Shown: positions 52,094-64,000, counted from the first letter of the stretch. The stretch: DNA of 64,000 nucleotides from Mobula hypostoma (GCF_963921235.1 NC_086108.1:98644001-98708000); one strand, 5' to 3'. Notes: generated by a model not told the origin, from the letters alone. Numbers and translations: made by a program.

Positions 52094-53496
52094 TATATAT
52101 ATCACAGAGAGCAGAGGTCCCAGTACAGATCCCTGCAGAATACCATGTCACACACCTCCAGAATAAATACCTTTAACCACTACCCGCTGTCTTCTGTGGC
52201 CAAGCCAATTCCGAATCCAAACATCCAGTTCTCTGTGGAGTCCATGCATCTTAATCTGTTGGATGAGACTCCCATAAGGGAAAATGTCAAACACCTTAAA
52301 ATCCATATAGACAACATCCACAGCTCCACTTTCATAACCTCAAAACTCAAATAAGTTAGTGATTTTCAATTGCTTTGAGTTTTAGAAAAATTACAGACCC
52401 TAGAAAACTGAAATATAAACAAAATATGCTGGAAATAATCAGCAAGTCAGGCAGCATCTGTGGGAACAGGAAAAGAGTTAACAATTCAGGTCCAACACAA
52501 GCTGCTGGAGGAACTCAGCAGGTCAGGCTGCATCTATAGAGGAATAAACAGTTGATGTTTCCAATGTTTGCAGAATCTCTTGTGTTTACTCCAAGTCTAT
52601 GTTCAAAGTAAAATTTATGATCAGGGTACATGCATGTCACCACGTACAACCCTGAGATTCATTTTCCTGCAGGCATAATCAGCAAATCTAAAGAACAGTA
52701 ACTGTAAACAGGATCAGTGAAAGAGCAAAAGCATAGAAGAGAACGGCTGTGCAACTGCAAGTATAAATAAATATCAATAAATAATGAGAACATGAAATAA
52801 CAAGATAAAGCGTCCTTAAGCTGAGAACATTGGTTGTCATAGAGAACATCTCAATAGATAAGTGTAATTGTCCTCTTCTGTTCAAGAGCTTAATCGTTGA
52901 GGGGTAGTAACTGTTCTCGAACCTAGTGCTGCGAGTTTCTGTACTTTCTACCCAATGATAGCAGTAAAAGAAGATCATGGCCTGGGTGGTGAGGATCTAA
53001 GATGATGGATGCTGCTTTCCTACGACAGTGTTCATGTCGATGGGCTTGGTGTTGGGAGGGCTTTACCCGTGATGTACTGGGCCAAATCCACTACCAAAAA
53101 CATTGGTGCTCCTATACCAGGTCATAATGCAGCCAGTCAGTTCACTTTCCACTACACGTCTATGGAAGTTTGATGACATGTCGAATCTCTGCAGACTCCT
53201 GAGGAAGTAGAAGGCCTGTCATGTTTTATTTGCAATAATATTTCTATGATCGGTCCAGGACAGTTCAACTGAGGTAGTGACCCCCCCAGGAATTTAAAGT
53301 TACTGACCCCCTCCACCTCTGATCCTCCAATGAGAACTGACTCAAGGACCTCTGGTTTCACTGTCCTGAAGTCTACAATCAGCTCCTTGGTCTTGCTGAC
53401 ATTGAGTGAGAGGTTGATGTTATGACACCACTCAGCCAGATTTTCAGTCTCCCTCCTGTATGGTGATTCATCACCACCTTTGATATGGTCTCTCAC

Positions 53497-54515
53497 AAAC
53501 ATAACATAAGAACATAAGAAATAGGAGCAGGAGTAGGCCACCTAGCCTGTCGAGCCCATTCCTCCACTCAATAAGGTCATGGCTGATCTGACCGTGGACT
53601 CATCTCCACCTATCTGCCTTTTGCCCAAATCCCAAAATTTTCCTAGTATGCAAAAATCTATCCAACCTTGTCTTAAATATATTTACTGAGGTAGCTTCCA
53701 CTGTTTCATTGGGCAGAGAATTCCACAGATTCACCACTCTTTCGGAAAAGCAGTTACTCCTCATCTCCATTCTAAATTTACTCCCCGGAATCTTAAGGCT
53801 ACGTCCCCTAGTTCTAATCTCACCTAACAGTGGAAACAACTTTCCTGCCTTTATCTTATCTATCCCTTATATAATTTTATATGTTTCTATAAGATCTCCT
53901 CTCATCCTTCTGAATTCCGGCGAGTATAGTCCCAGACGACTCAATCTCTCCTTATTGTCTAACCCCCTTATCTCTGGAATCAACCTGGTGAACCTCCTCT
54001 GCACTGCCTCCAAAGCCAGTATATCCTTCCTCAAGTAAGGAGACCAGAACTGCATGCAGTCCTCCAGGTGTGGCCTCACCAGTGCCCTGTATAGTTGCAG
54101 CATGACCTCCCTGCTCTTAAATTCAATCCCTGTAGCAATAAGGCCAATTTTCCATTTACCTTCTTGATAGTCTCCTGCACCTGAAAACCAACCTCTTGCA
54201 ATTCATGCACAAGCACTCCCAAGTCCTTCTACAGAGCAGCGTGCTGCAATTTTTTACCATTTAAATAATTATCTGATCTTCCATTTTTCCTTCCAATGTG
54301 GATGACCTTGCATTTACCAATGTTGTACTCCATCTGTCAGACTTAACTTAACCTGTCACTTATTTTAACTTAACCACTCACTTAACCTGTCTATGTATCT
54401 CTCTACAGACACTCCGTATACTCCGCACAATTTGCTTTTTCACTCAATTTGGTGACAGCAGCAAACTTAGATAACTATGCTTGGTCCCCTCTTCTGGATC
54501 GTTAATATATATCGT
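53497..54515 (-). mobile_element. CR1 3' fragment
   Basis: MLQLYRALVRPHLE…; CR1-type short-repeat tail. Confidence 0.85.
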
Positions 54516-55092
54516 AAACGGTATAGCGGACGTATAAACTGTAATAAAGGATATTGAACAGAAACATCAGCAATAACTTGATTCCCACAGATGCTGCTCA
54601 GCTTGCTGACTTCCTCCAGCACGTGCTGTAAACCCACACCTGGTTGTTTTAAGTTAGAACATAGAACAGTACAACACAGGAACAGTCCCTTTGGTCCACA
54701 ATGTTGTGCGGAACCAGATGAAAAGTCATTCAAAAACCCCCAAACATTAATCCGTCCTACCTACATAATGTCCACATCCCTCCATCTTCCTCACATTCCT
54801 GTACCTATCTAAACACCTCGTAGAAGCCTCTAATGTATTTGCCTCTACCACCATACCAGGCAGCACATTCCAAGCATCACCACTCTCTTACCCCTCATAT
54901 CCCCTTTAAACCTAGCCCTTTCACCTTAAATCCATGCCCTCTGGTATTAGACATTTCTACCCTGGGAAAAAGACACTCCCTGGCTACTCTATCTATGCCT
55001 CTCATAATCTTAGAGACCTCTATCAGATCTTTGGTGAATTAAGTCGATTGACCTTACTTTGTCTGACTTATGTGTGATTCTGGATGAATGAT

Positions 55093-56064
55093 TCCTCTTG
55101 GAGGAGTCTATGGGTGGGCGTATATTGAAGATTGTGTACTGTAGTGAGTTGTATTTGTACATATACCCATCAACTTGCTATAATCCCATGGAAAGACAGC
55201 TTACTGGCAGAGTTCAATTTTGTTTGGACATATAGCAAGGCAAGGTGGATGCTTTAACAATGCTTGGAAATTATTCTTCAACCCTTGCGATTGACTAGCA
55301 ATCAAAGCTGGTATGTTCAAATCCCCAGAACATTTTTTTTTGTTAAATGTACCATGGCCAGGTGCTTTGAAGAAGACTGGTAGAGTGGAACCATTGTGGG
55401 AGAGTGGTAAAGCTAGTTGACAGGCTGAGGGACCAAGGTGTATGGAAAGTGCACAGAGCTGAGAAAGATCAAAGCCCTGGGCAGTGTGAGTTCTTAGGAG
55501 AAGGATTCTTGCCAAGTTAACACTGGAGATACAAGTACATGAATGAACAGCATTCTTATCTGTAAACCCTTTTGCGCTCCTGCAGCAGAAGACTTGAAAG
55601 GATTTTTACGCTACCACGCAGCCTATGGGTACCTAACGCCTGTTACGCCACTGGCATTTAGGACAACAATGAAAGTCCTCCTTAGAAAGATTTTTCATTG
55701 CTGTTTCCATAACAATTTTGTTTTACCAGACAGGGTTATAAGCCCTGAAATTTATTAAGGACCAGAGGACCACTCTTGGACTGGCCTCTCCCCTTTGACC
55801 TGTTTGGCAAGGGTGACCCTACCAAGGGGCAAAGCATAAAGCCCTGACTCCAGCCAACATAGCTCTCCGGGTCACTGAGGCACCTAAGCCTCCAAACCAC
55901 GACAAGGTAGTGGTCCTCTTGGAGGAGTCTATGGGTGGGCGTATATTGAAGATTGTGTACTGTAGTGAGTTGTATTTGTACATATACCCATCAACTTGCT
56001 ATAATCCCATGGAAAGATAGCTTACTGGCAGAGTTCAATTTTGTTTGGACATATAGCAAGGCAA
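55093..56064. repeat. 151-bp direct duplication (55093-55243 and 55914-56064)
   Basis: One mismatch seen (GACAG vs GATAG). Confidence 0.93.
55590..55925 (-). mobile_element. Short RTE-derived element with a BovB/Expander-like 5' leader
   Basis: Minus strand begins GAGGACCACTACCTTGTCGTGG (RTE-type 5' motif, from memory); a related fragment lies at about 23340-23455. Confidence 0.6.
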
Positions 56065-56127
56065 CAAGCCCCTCCTGCCAACGAGCCCACACCACTCAGT
56101 TACACTCATGTGACTAATTAACCTACT

Positions 56128-56665
56128 AAACAGCAACAAAATGTTGGAAGAACTCAGCAGGCCAGGCAACATCTATGGAAAAGAGTAAACAGCCAACGTT
56201 TTGAGCCAAAGACCCTTCATTGAGACTGGAAAGAAAGAGGAGGTCAGAATAAGAAGGTGGCGGGATTGGATGAAGAAGTACAGGGTGATAGGTGATAGGT
56301 GAAACTGGGAGGGGGAGTGAAGTAAAGAGCTGAGAAATTGATTGTTTCAAAGAGAAAAAAGGGCTGGAGAAGGGGGAATCTTATATGAGGGGGTAGAAGA
56401 CCATGGAAGGAGGAGGAGCATCAGAGGGAGGTGATGGGCAGGTAAGGGGATAATGGTGAGAGAGGGAAACAGGAATGGGGGAATGGTGAAGTGGGGAAGC
56501 AATTACCAGAAGTTGGAGAAATTGATGTTCATGCCATCAGGTTGGAGACCACCCAGACGGAATATAAGTTGTTGCTCCTCCAACCTGAGCGTGGCCTCGT
56601 TGTGGCAGTAGAGGATGCCATAGACTGACATGTCAGAATGGGAATGGGAAGCAGAATTGGGATGC
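56128..56665 (-). mobile_element. Penelope-like element 3' fragment
   Basis: Homologous to 59621-60130; hammerhead decayed. Confidence 0.8.
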
Positions 56666-56875
56666 CACCAAGAGTTTCCACTTGGATTTCTAGCATTTAA
56701 CCTACTAATCTTTGGAATGTGGGAGAAACTGGAGCACCTGGTTCTCTAAGGAGGCAGAAAAGAGGGTCATTACTTGGGAATCTGAGAGGTCTGAAGGTAG
56801 ATAAGTCACCTGGACTAGATAGACTACATCCTTGGGTTCTGAAAGAGGTAGCTGAAGAGACTGTGGAGGTATTAG

Positions 56876-59193
56876 AAAAGGATAAGGCCCTCCATTGGTC
56901 AGGGTTGACGATAGGTGTTGTATCCTAGCTGTCTATGTGATATGTAAGCCAGTATACAAGACAGGGCAGCATGATACAGAGAACAAGCTGTTGCCCATTA
57001 GCAGGCTCCCCCTATCCATGTAGCTGATGAAACCAAAGCAGAAACCATGGCAGAAACAGATACAGTGGCATCACAGGAGTTGCCAGTCAGCATTGAGCTC
57101 AATTTAGGGCTGCTTTAGGGACTCCAGCTCTGGATCTTTCCTTGGAGCTTACACCCACAGTCTTCCCCATGAATGGGTATAGTCACAAGGCAGTGGAGGT
57201 TTGAGATCAGAGTTTTCCTTCTCCCTGATAAGACCATAAGACATTGGAACAGAATTGGGCCATCTAGCCCATCGAGTCTGCTCTGCCTTTCAATCATGGC
57301 GGATCCTTCTTTTTCTCCTCCTCAACCCCAGTTCCCGGCCTTCTCCCCTTAACCTTTGATTCCATGTCCAATCAAGAACCTATCAATCTCTGCCGTAAAT
57401 ACACCCAATGACCTGCCCTCCACAGCTGCATGTGGCAACAAATTCCACAAATTCACCACCCTCTGGCTAAAGAAATTATTCCACGTCTCTTTTGAAAGGA
57501 CGCCCCTCTATCCTGAGGCTGTGCCCTTTTGATTTAGACTGTCCCACCACAGGAAATGTCCTTTCCACATCTACTCTGTCTAGGCCTTTCAACATTCGAA
57601 AGGATTCAATGAGATCCCCCCTCATCCTTTTGAATTCCAGCGAGTATAGACCCAGAGCCATCAAATGTCCTTCATATGATAACCCTTTCATTCCTGAATC
57701 ATCCTTGTGAACCTCCTCTGGACCCTCTCTAATGCTAGCTCATCTTTTCTAAGATGAGGGGCACAAAACTGTTCACAATACTCAAGGTGAGGCCTCACCA
57801 GTGCCTTATAAAGCCTCAGCATCACATCCTTGCTATTGTATTCTAGACCTCTTGAAATGAATGTTAATTTAGCATTTGTCTTCCTCACCACCAACTCAAC
57901 ATGCGAGTTAACCTTCAGGGTGTTCTGCACATGGACTCCCAAGTCCCTCTGCATCTCAGATTCCTGGATTTTCTCCCCATTTAGAAAATAGTCCACACAT
58001 TTATTTCTACTACTAAAGTGCATTACAGTGCATTTTCCAACATTGTAATTCATTTGCCACTTTCTTGCCCGTTCTCCTAATCTGTCTTTCTGCATTCTGC
58101 CTATTTCCTCAACACTACCTGCCCCTCCACCAATCTTCATATTATCTGCAAACTTAGCAACAAAGCCATCTATCACATCATCTAAATAATTTATATACAG
58201 CATAAAAAGAAGTGGTCCCAACACTGACCCTTGCGGACCACGACTAGTCACTGGCAGCCAACCAGAAAAGGATCCTTTTATTCCCACTCACTGCCTCCTA
58301 TGAATCAGCCAATACTCTAACCAAGTTAGTAATTTTCCTGTAATTCCATGGGCTCTTAACTTCGTAAGCAGCCTGATGTGTGGCACCTTGTCAAAGGCCT
58401 TCTGAAAGTCCAAATATACAACATCCACTGCATCTCCTTTATCTATCCTACTTGTAATCTCCCAAAGAATTTCAACAGGTTCGTCAGGGAGGATTTTCCC
58501 TGAGGGAAACCATGCTGACTTTGTACTATCTTGTCCTGTGTCACCAAGTACTCCATGACCTCATCCTTAACAATTGACTCTAGCATCTTCCCAACCACTG
58601 AGGTTAGGCTAACTGGTCTATAATTTCCTTTCTGCTGCCTTCCTCTTTTCTTAAAGAGCGGAGTCACATTTCCAAACACAGCCATCGAGCCCCATCTGCC
58701 CTAAGTGACTGGTTTGAAGGTGCCAGTAACCCATCATTACCCACTTTCAACATAAGAAATAGGAGCAGGAGTAGGCCATCTGGCCTGTCGAGCCTGCTCT
58801 GCCATTCAATAAGATCGTGGCTGATCTGGCCATGGACTGATCTCTACCTACCTGCCTTTTCCCCATAACCCTTAATTCCCCTACTATGCAAAAATCTATC
58901 CAACCTTGTCTTAAATATGTTTAAAGAGGTAGCCTCCACTGCTTCATTGGGCAGAGAATTCCACAGATTCACCACTCTCTGGGAAAAGCACTTCCTCCTC
59001 ATCTCCATCCTAAGTCTATTCCCCTGAATCTTGAGGCTGTGTCCCCTATTAGTAGCTAAGCCACACATAAAGGCCAGGTGCTGGGCCTAATTGTCAGAGG
59101 CAATTTGAGACGCACATGATTGGGAGCATTTAATAAGTAGTGGGAGGTTATCCCCACTAACCACCGATGCCCAGCTATAACAACCAAAAGGAA
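56876..59193 (-). mobile_element. RTE-like non-autonomous element in three pieces, split by two CR1 insertions
   Basis: Minus-strand GGAGAAGGAAAACTCTGA motif; flanked by a 14-bp imperfect duplication of the host CR1. Confidence 0.55.
57228..58672 (-). mobile_element. CR1 RT and 3' end fragment
   Basis: NYRPVSLTSVVGK, PQGSVLGP, KFADN. Confidence 0.9.
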
Positions 59194-61770
59194 TGCGGAG
59201 GCATTAGTAATGACCTTTCAAGAATCACTAGATTCTGGAGTAGTTCCAGAGGACTGGAAAATTGCAAATGTCACTAAGAAGGGAGGGAGGCAGAAGAAAA
59301 GAAATTATAGGCTAGCTAGCCTGACTTCAGTGATTGGGAAGATGCTGGAGTCCATTATTAAGAAAGAGGATTTGAAGTACTTGGAGGCACATGATAAAAT
59401 AGTCAAAGTCAGCATGGTTTCCTTATGGGAAGATCTGTCTGACAAATCTGTTGGAATCCTTTGAGAAATAGCAGGCAGGATAGACAAAGAAGAACTGGTG
59501 GATGGTGTGTACTTGGATTTTCAGAAGGCATTTGACAAGCTGCTGCATGTGGGGCTGCTTAACCAGATAAGAGCTAGTGGTATTACAGGAAAGATACTAG
59601 CATGGATAGAAAATTGGCTGCACTCACAACACGCTGGAGGAACTCAGCAGGTCGGGCAGCATCCGTGGAAATGATCAGTCAACGTTTTGGGCCGGAACCC
59701 TTCGTCAGGTCTGTAGAGGGAAGGGGCAGAGGCCCTATAAAGAAGGTGGGGGAGGGTGGGAAGGAGAAGGCTGGTAGGTTCTAGGTGAAAAACCAGGAAG
59801 GGGAAAGATAAAGGGGTGGGGAAAAAGAAGCAGGGAGGGGATAGGCAGGAAAGGTGAAGAAGGAATAGGGGAAAACACAATGGGTAGTAGAAGGAGGCGG
59901 AACCATAAGGGAGGTGATAGGCAGCTGGGAGAGGGGGCAGAGTGAAATAGGGATAGAGGAAGGGAGGGGGAGGGAATTACCGGAAGTTGGAGAATTCTAT
60001 GTTCATACCAAGGGGCTGGAGACTACCTAGACGGTATGTGAGGTGTTGTTCCTCCAACCTGAGTTTAGCCTCATCATGGCAGTAGAGGAGGCCATGTATG
60101 GACATATCTGAATGGGAGTGGGAAGCAGAGTTGAAGTGGGTTGCTACTGGGAGATCCTGTCTGTTGTGGCGGACGGAGTGGAGGTGCTCGACGAAGCGGT
60201 CCCCCAATCTGCATCGGGTTTCACCGATGTAGAGGAGGCCGCACCGGGAGCACTGGATGCAATAGATGACCCCAACAGACTCACAAGTGAAGTGTTGCCA
60301 CACCCGGAAGGATTGTTTGGGGCCCTGAATGGTGGCAAGAGAGGAGGTGTAGGGACAGGTGTAGCACTTACGCTTACAGGGATAAGTGCCGGGTGGGAGA
60401 TCCGTGAGGAGGGACCGGGTTGTGTAGAAAATTGGCTGACTAGCAGAAGAAGAAGAGTGGGAATGAGGGGGGCCTTTTTTGGTTGGCTCCCAGTGACAAG
60501 TGGTGTTCCACAGGGGTAGGACCGCTTCTTTTCACATATCAATGATTTGAATGACGGGATTAAGGGCCTTATGGCCAAGTTTGCAGACGATATGAAGATA
60601 GATGGAGGTGCAGGTAATGCTGAGGAAGCAGTGAGTCTGCAGAAGGAATTAGATAGATTAGGAGACTAAGCAAAAAAGTGGCAGATGGAATATAGTGTCT
60701 GGAAGTGTATGGTCATGCACGTTGATGGAAGGATTAAAGATATAGACTACTTTCTAAATGGGGAGAAAATCCAAATATCAGAGGTGCAAAGGGACTTGGG
60801 TGTCCTTGTGCAGGAGTCCCTGCAGGTTATCTTGCAAGTTGAGTCAGTGGTAAGGAAGGCAAATACAATGTTAGCAGTCATTTTGAGTGGACTTGAATAT
60901 AGAAACCAGGATGTGTTGCTGAGGCTTTATAAGATATTGGTCAGACTGCATTTGGAGTATTGTGAGAAATGTTGGCCCTTTATCTAAGAAAGGAAGTGCT
61001 GGGTTTGGAGAGAGATCCAAAGGAGGTTCACGAGAATGATCCCAGGAATAAAAGGGTTAACATATGAGGAGTGTTTGATAGCACTGGGTCCGTACTTGCT
61101 GCAGTTCAGAAAAATGAGGGGTGACCTCATTGAAACCTATTGAACATTGAAAGAGCTAATGGATATGGTGAGGATGTTTCCTATAGCGAGGGAGTCTAGG
61201 ACCAGAGGGCACAGTCTCAGAGTGGAAGGACGTCCATTTATTATTTCTTTATTTATTTAGAGATACGGCATGGAATAGGCCCTTATTGCCCTTCAAGCAG
61301 CGCCACCCAGCAATCCCCCAATTTAATCCTATCCTAATCACGGGACAATTTATAATGACTAATTAACCTGTCAACCGGTATGCCTTTGGATTATGGGCGG
61401 AAACCAGAGCATCTAGAAAAAACTCATGCAGTCTCGGGGAGATCGTACAAACTCCTTACAGGCAGCAGTGGGAATTGAACCTGGGCCACTGGTACTGTAA
61501 CCACAGTGCACCCCAGAGATGAGGAATTTCTTTAGCTGGAGGGTGGTGAATCTGTGGAATTAATTGCCACGTTTGGTCGTGGAAGCCAAGTCATTGGGTA
61601 TATTTAAAGTGGAGGTTAATCGACTCTGGTAGATTAGTAAGGGTATCAAAGGTTACAGGGAGTATGCAGGAGAATTGGGTTGAGAGTTATAATAAATAAC
61701 TCAGCCATGATTGAATGGTGGAGCAGACTTAATGGGCCAAATAGCCTAATTTTGCGCCTGTATCTTATGG
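59194..61770 (+). mobile_element. Degraded CR1 RT and 3' end (continuation of 56750-56875), carrying PLE and SINE insertions
   Basis: VPEDWKIANVT, VTSGVPQG, LLRLYKILVRLHLEYC. Confidence 0.85.
59621..60424 (-). mobile_element. Penelope-like (Neptune-type) element fragment with GIY-YIG domain and 14-bp TSD
   Basis: VIYCIQCSRCGLLYIGETRCRLGDRFVEH…LQPLGMNIEF; TAGAAAATTGGCTG at 59607-59620 and 60425-60438; hammerhead variant at 59676-59713. Confidence 0.92.
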
Positions 61771-61839
61771 TCTCACCCAGAGGTAACCTATGCAGTAACA
61801 GGGAGAACATACAATCTCTTTACAGATTATATCTGTATT

Positions 61840-62338
61840 ATGTCTGTGGTGGCCAGTGCTATCATGTTTGCTGTTGTGTGCTGGGGCAGCACGCTGAGGG
61901 TAGCAGACACCAACAGAATCAACAAACTCATTTGTAAGGCCAGTGATGTTGTGGGGATGGAACTGGACTCTCTCACGGTGGTGTCTGAAAAGAGGATGCT
62001 GTCCAAGTTGCATGCCATCTTGGACAATGTCTCCCGTCCACTACATAATGGACTGGTTGGGCACAGGAGTACATTCAGCCAGAGACTCATTCCACCGAGA
62101 TGCAACACTGAGCGTCATAGGAAGTCATTCCTGCCTGTGGCCATCAAACTTTACAACTCCTCCCTTGGAGGGTCAGACACCCTGAGGCAATAGGCTAGTC
62201 CTGGACTTATTTCCTGGCATAATTTAAATGTTACTATTTAATTATATATGGTTTTATTACTATCTAATTATTTATGGTGCAACTGTAACGAAAACCAATT
62301 TCCCTTGGGATCAATAAAGTATGACTATGACTGACTAT
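61840..62338 (+). mobile_element. Rex1-like 3' fragment
   Basis: Near-identical to 2331-2841; ATGACT tail. Confidence 0.9.
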
Positions 62339-62473
62339 ATAAATAGTTATATAATAAATAGAGATGATATAAATAGTTGTCTAACCCAACACACCCCCCT
62401 CAACAGCTCACTGCACAATATTCACCCCACATCTCCCCTCCATTTTAAAATACAGTGAAATTGCTCCTTTGTA

Positions 62474-62988
62474 CACTCAGTGGTCACTTTATGAGGTACA
62501 CCTGTATACCTGCTCGTTAATGCAAATATCTGATCAGCCAATCATGTGGCAGCATCTCAATGCAGACATGGCCAAGGGGTTCAGTTGTTGTTCAGACCAA
62601 ACATCAGTATGGGGAAGAAATATCGTCCAAGTGACTTTGACCGTGGAGTGATCATTGGTGCCAGATGGGGTGGTGTGAGTATCTCAGAAGCTGCTGGTCA
62701 CCTGGGATTTTCACCCTCTGAGTTCTCAAAGAATGGTGCAAAAACAAAAAAAAATCCAGTGAGCGACAGTTCTGTGGGTGGAAATGCCTTGTCATTGAGA
62801 GAGATCAGAGGAGACTAGTTAAAGCTGATAGGGATGTGATAGTAATTCAGATAATACAGCAGAGGTGTGCAGTGCTGAATGCACAATACATTGAATCTTG
62901 AAGTGGATGGGCTAGAGCAACAGGAGACCATGAACATACACTCAGTAGCCACTTTATTAGATAAAGCTTATAAAATGGCCACTGAGTA
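62474..62988 (+). mobile_element. Tc1-derived non-autonomous element with a transposase N-terminal remnant
   Basis: TA-CACTCAGTGGTCACTTTAT…TGGCCACTGAGTA-TA; MGKK…SDFDRGVIIGAR…SISEAAGHLGFS. Confidence 0.8.
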
Positions 62989-63319
62989 TATATGTCTACA
63001 TCAGGTGTGCTGGATATCTGTATAACAGCAAGCTAAAAGAGCTTTCTAACCCGTGCCAAAAGCAGTTGTGGAAAAATGCACTGTAACAAGAACCCCACTG
63101 AAACACTAGGCATTGTGAAGAATCAGAGCAAGTGTGTAGAGAGTGCTGGCCAATGTTGAATTTGCCAATGCACACTATCCTACTGTCCTACTAATCCATT
63201 TGGCTTGTGGTCCATTAAAAGTTGCAGCTCATAATTACTACACTTTCTGCCAAACTATTTGCATTATACTTGGAGATTTTTACAGCTTTACGAAGCTGGA
63301 TTTACAGTAAACATATCTG

Positions 63320-64000
63320 ACATAGAAACATAGAAACATAGAAACATAGAAAATAGGTGCAGGAGTAGGCCATTCGGCCCTTCGAGCCTGCACCGCCATT
63401 TATTATGATCATGGCTGATCATCCAACTCAGAACCCAGCCTTCCCTCCATACCCCCTGACCCCTGTAGCCACAAGGGCCATATCTAACTTCCTTTTAAAC
63501 ATAGCTAATGAACTGGCCTCAACAGTTTGCTGTGGCAGAGAATTCCACAGATTCACCACTCTCTGTGTGAAGAAGTTTTTCCTAACCTCGGTCCTAAAAG
63601 GCTTCCCCTCTATCCTCAAACTGTGACCCCTCGTTCTAGACCTCCCCAACATCGGGAACAATCTTCCTGCATCTAGCCTGTCCAATCCCTTTAGGATCTT
63701 ATACGTTTCAATCAGATCCCCCCTCAATCTTCTAAATTCCAACGAGTACAAGCCCAGTTCATCCAGTCTTTCTTCATATGAAAGACCTGCCATCCCAGGA
63801 ATCAATCTGGTGAACCTTCTTTGTACTCCCTCTATGGCAAAGATGTCTTTCCTCAGATTAGGGGACCAAAACTGCACACAATACTCCAGGTGTGGTCTCA
63901 CCAAGGCCTTGTACAACTGCAGTAGTACCTCCCTGCTCCTGTACTCGAATCCTCTCGCTATAAATGCCAGCATACCGTTCGCCTTTTTCACCGCCTGCTG
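63320..64000 (-). mobile_element. Young CR1 3' portion, runs off the window edge
   Basis: Open ORF 63428-63991; (TTTCTATG)n tail. Confidence 0.92.

Noticed and set aside
57015..57065. CTGATGA…GAAA hammerhead-like string
   Set aside because: No convincing stem II or helix III/NUH arrangement.
43048..64000. Final KYAT exons (AIP…RFCF)
   Set aside because: Not found by eye; presumably beyond the window. This is not evidence of pseudogenisation.

Overview
Vertebrate genomic DNA. The repeat inventory (CR1/HER1-type LINEs, V-SINE-like tRNA SINEs, Rex1/Babar LINEs, Penelope-like elements) points to a cartilaginous fish; this is an inference. The only host coding sequence is six consecutive internal + strand exons (687 nt, 229 codons, GT-AG, phases consistent) of a PLP-dependent kynurenine/cysteine-S-conjugate aminotransferase, best matching KYAT3 (CCBL2). 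The 5' exons and the last exons were not found in the window. Everything else is intron, mostly nested transposon remnants: a near full-length CR1, a Gypsy-type solo LTR with a 4-bp TSD, an IR/DR Tc1 element, several MITEs and a 22-copy ~51-bp minisatellite. Almost all ORF-track hits are TE fragments or noise. I see no convincing wholly new biological system. The best leads are: minimal hammerhead ribozyme motifs in Penelope-like terminal repeats (two core-intact copies on the pre-mRNA strand, one inside a 54-bp hairpin); a pseudoknotted RTE 5' leader; a repeated 'TIR-cargo-miniMITE' composite architecture in three Tc1/mariner families; a SINE-seeded hairpin minisatellite; and unusual residues near the enzyme's substrate pocket. 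TE boundaries without TSDs are approximate, and smaller degraded fragments are not all listed.
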